Assembly: GCA_947589325.1 (NCBI GenBank)
Contig: CANQAM010000007.1
Span: forward strand, 21,147 to 85,146
From: an uncultured Bacteroidales bacterium
Lineage (GTDB): Bacteria > Bacteroidota > Bacteroidia > Bacteroidales > UBA11471
DNA: 64,000 bases
Direction: 5' to 3'
The position numbers were made by a program, and so were the translations under genes. Below the pieces are notes generated by a model. It saw nothing but the letters and a program-made list of their open reading frames with translations, was not told the DNA's origin and did not search any database. Shown here piece by piece: positions 58,293 through 64,000 of the stretch. Every line of letters starts with the position of its first letter. Positions within the stretch are counted from its first letter, which is position 1.

Positions 58293-59540
58293 ATGAAAGT
58301 GAAAAATCTGATTTTCGCTGCGTTGGCAGTTGCAGGCATGACCGCCTGCAATTGCGGCGACGGCGTGAAAATCACCGTAGAAAATCCGACGGCACTCGAC
58401 CGTCAGGACGAAATGGTGGAAGTCGATATGGCTGCTGTCGCTGCCAAACTGCAACTCCCCGACACGGCGCAATTCGTCGTGGTCGATGCCGACGGCGTGC
58501 AACTTCCTTATCAGATTACCTACGATGGTAAACTCATTTTCCAAGCAAGCGTAGCCCCGAACGGAAAAGCCGTTTACACCGTCAAAGCAGGAACACCAGC
58601 TCCCGTAGCTACGGTGGCATGCGGAAAGCAATACCCCGAGCGTGTCGATGACATTGCATGGGAAAACGACCGCACGGCTTATCGCATGTACGGCCCTGCT
58701 TTGCAGGCAACCGGCGAACAGGCATTCGGTTACGACGTATGGGTGAAGTCGGTGAAAGAACCGGTGGTTGAAGCCCGCTATGCTTCGGAGCTGAATCCCG
58801 AAACGATGGCGCGTATCGCCGAACTGCGGAAGACCGACCCCGCCGCTGCCGATGCTCTCTACAATTCTGTTTCGTATCACGTCGATCACGGCAATGGTCT
58901 CGACTGCTACAAAGTCGGGCCTACGCTGGGTGGCGGCACTACGGCGCTGGTGGTGGACGGAGCCATTCTCTATCCCTACTGCTACAATACGTATGAGATA
59001 CTGGACAACGGCCCGCTGCGCTTCACTGTCCGTGCCGTCTATAATCCGACCGACGTAAACGGCGCTTCCGTCGTCGAAACCCGCACGATCTCGCTCGATG
59101 CCGGTTCGCAGCTTAACAAGACGGTCGTTGCCTACGACAACCTGCCGGCGCCTCTTCCCGTTGTAGCGGGCGTGGTATTGCACGAGCCGCTTGCCGACTG
59201 CCATTACACGGTATCGGCAGAGGAGGGCTACCTCTCGTATGCCGACCCCACCGATAATGTCGATAACAACAACGGCATCATCTACGTGGGTTGCGTATTC
59301 CCCGATGCGGTGACAGAGGCGAAACCCGTCATGTTCGACGAAAACGAGAAGAACAACGTAAGAGGCGGCGCCGACGGGCATCTGCTGGCTTATATCGACT
59401 ATCAGCCCGATAGCGAACTCGTTTACTATTGGGGCTCGGGTTGGAGCAAATTCGGATTCGACACGCCGGAAGCGTGGGATTCCTACATTCGCAATGCAGC
59501 CCTCGCCGTAAGAAATCCCTTGCAGGTTACTCTGCAATAA
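58293..59540 (+). CDS. DUF4861-domain lipoprotein
   Basis: Lipobox LAVAGMTAC. DDIAWENDRTAYRMYGPAL is the DUF4861 hallmark. The family is commonly linked to kduI/kduD in Bacteroidales. Confidence 0.75.
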   Translation: MKVKNLIFAALAVAGMTACNCGDGVKITVENPTALDRQDEMVEVDMAAVAAKLQLPDTAQFVVVDADGVQLPYQITYDGKLIFQASVAPNGKAVYTVKAGTPAPVATVACGKQYPERVDDIAWENDRTAYRMYGPALQATGEQAFGYDVWVKSVKEPVVEARYASELNPETMARIAELRKTDPAAADALYNSVSYHVDHGNGLDCYKVGPTLGGGTTALVVDGAILYPYCYNTYEILDNGPLRFTVRAVYNPTDVNGASVVETRTISLDAGSQLNKTVVAYDNLPAPLPVVAGVVLHEPLADCHYTVSAEEGYLSYADPTDNVDNNNGIIYVGCVFPDAVTEAKPVMFDENEKNNVRGGADGHLLAYIDYQPDSELVYYWGSGWSKFGFDTPEAWDSYIRNAALAVRNPLQVTLQ

Positions 59541-59566
59541 TATAAGGTATTTCTGTCTATAAAAAA

Positions 59567-59593
59567 AGAGGAGCGGCCAAATGCCGCTCCTCT
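59567..59593. terminator. bidirectional intrinsic terminator after the kdu cluster
   Basis: Perfect 11-bp stem AGAGGAGCGGC / GCCGCTCCTCT with a 5-nt loop, flanked by an A7 run and a T7 run. Confidence 0.85.
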
Positions 59594-59743
59594 TTTTTTA
59601 TAGTTTTTTTTGACTTAAAATCGTGTAAATAGAATTTTTTGCAATATAAAAAATATATAAAAAATTTTTTGCCATTCCATTTTTAATTATTTACTTTGCG
59701 ATTTTCAAACGAATTAAATATAAAAAATAAGAAAGGAGTTTAT

Positions 59744-60550
59744 ATGAAAAGAATGAAAATGTTTTTGACGTGCTGGCCGGTGATGATGTTGTTGGCGGCT
59801 GTTTTGCATTCTTGCAATGAGGACGACAGTATTGTGGCAAACAGTCATTACGATGCGGATATTTTTCCGGATTTGAGTTATGATGAAATGATTTATGTCG
59901 AAGGCGGCACTTTCACTATGGGAGCCGCTTCGGAACAGACTGACGCATGGGATAGAGAGGAACCGGCGCATCAGGTTACCCTTTCGTCGTATTATATCGG
60001 TAAATACGAAGTAACGCAAGCCCTGTGGAAAGCCGTCATGGGAGAGAATCCAAGTAGCCATAAAGGAGATAATTTACCGGTAGATAGTGTTTCGTGGAAC
60101 GATTGCCAAGATTTTATTCGTGAATTGAATGCGCTTACCGGCAAGAATTTCCGTCTTCCTACCGAAGCCGAATGGGAATATGCCGCACGCGGAGGCAATA
60201 GCAGTAAGGGGTGTAAATACAGCGGCGGCAACGAGCCCGATAAAGTTGCATGGTATGATGACAATGCGCTCTATGAAACGCATGAGGCGGGTCTGAAATC
60301 GCCGAACGAATTGGGTATATACGATATGAGCGGCAATGTATGCGAATGGTGCAGCGATTGGTATGGAAATTACGACAGAAGCGGACAGTCGAATCCTGCC
60401 GGTGCTTCCTCCGGAACCGAGCGTGTATTGCGAGGGGGCAGTTGGCGCACCTATTCGGGTGCGTGTCGGGTGTCCGATCGCTATTACGCTCAGCCGGCTA
60501 TGCCTTCCGACCATTTCGGCTTGCGCCTTGTATTGGAGGAGGCGGAATAA
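59744..60550 (+). CDS. formylglycine-generating-enzyme (SUMF1/EgtB/PvdO) family lipoprotein
   Basis: Lipobox AAVLHSC. RLPTEAEWEYAARGG and RVLRGGSW motifs. AAGGAG lies 5 nt upstream of ATG 59744. Confidence 0.85.
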   Translation: MKRMKMFLTCWPVMMLLAAVLHSCNEDDSIVANSHYDADIFPDLSYDEMIYVEGGTFTMGAASEQTDAWDREEPAHQVTLSSYYIGKYEVTQALWKAVMGENPSSHKGDNLPVDSVSWNDCQDFIRELNALTGKNFRLPTEAEWEYAARGGNSSKGCKYSGGNEPDKVAWYDDNALYETHEAGLKSPNELGIYDMSGNVCEWCSDWYGNYDRSGQSNPAGASSGTERVLRGGSWRTYSGACRVSDRYYAQPAMPSDHFGLRLVLEEAE

Positions 60551-60555
60551 AAATT

Positions 60556-63672
<3,117 letters not shown>

Positions 63673-63696
63673 TTAAGATAGCTGAAAAAAGCGCAA

Positions 63697-64000
63697 CTAT
63701 TTCAGAAAATTGTAATCCGACGTTTCCGGCAGTACTTTATTTATATCTATTTCGTAAAAAGTCTTTCGCTTATCTTTGTACCCGTCGCGCCACATAATCA
63801 AATTTTTGTAATCCGAATATATCCCGATTTTTCTGTCGTCATAGGAATACACGGAAATTTTTTTGTTCGACAGTTTGTTGTCACGAATATAACGATGGCT
63901 GTCCCGCAATAATTTTATGGTGTTGTTTATTTGGTCGATGTATGAACTCGCTGATGTGCTGTTGAAATTTCCGATTTCTCCCCAATAGACGTCGTATTGA
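63697..64000 (-). CDS. hypothetical protein, 3' part only (5' end outside window)
   Basis: I translated the minus-strand frame upstream of the track ORF 63697..63909. It stays open to the window edge (..QYDVYWGEIGNFNSTSASSYIDQINNTIKLLRDSHRYIRDNK..). It is strongly AT-rich and K/N/Y/D-rich, with no motif I recognise. Confidence 0.4.
   Translation of the reverse strand, partial: QYDVYWGEIGNFNSTSASSYIDQINNTIKLLRDSHRYIRDNKLSNKKISVYSYDDRKIGIYSDYKNLIMWRDGYKDKRKTFYEIDINKVLPETSDYNFLK

Overview
This 64-kb window looks like a Bacteroidales (Bacteroidota) chromosome. Nearly every intergenic start has the phylum-typical -7 promoter box TAnnTTTG 15-45 nt upstream, Shine-Dalgarno sequences are mostly absent, and one protein carries a T9SS-type C-terminal sorting tail. 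The genus cannot be determined by eye.

I call about 57 protein-coding genes. Most are core housekeeping:
- pgk, pyrF, prfA
- copA plus an HMA chaperone, and mgtC
- hisGDCB, preceded by a His-codon leader-peptide attenuator
- cvpA-sufBCDS
- rimP-nusA-infB
- nadK, then pdxJ-exbB-exbD-tonB
- a transporter-kinase-murQ MurNAc-type locus, followed by murF
- thrS-infC-rpmI-rplT
- rsmE-kdsA, and ferritin
- kduI-kduD-DUF4861, and a GH2 beta-galactosidase

Accessory, visibly AT-richer patches carry:
- BspA-type leucine-rich-repeat surface proteins, one with 146-bp perfect internal repeats
- an orphan Cys-rich ECF-type sigma factor
- a DUF3078 plus trypsin-like/TPR protease pair
- a LysM-PBP plus PorT-like barrel pair
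- an FGE-like lipoprotein

I saw no rRNA, tRNA, CRISPR array or intact mobile element. I do not see a convincing new multi-gene system such as a defence island. The most interesting items are cis-regulatory elements (the his attenuator, the rimP-nusA leader hairpin, repeat operators upstream of ferritin) and a few uncharacterised gene pairs or orphans.

All functional calls rest on motifs recognised by eye in the supplied translations. No database search was run.
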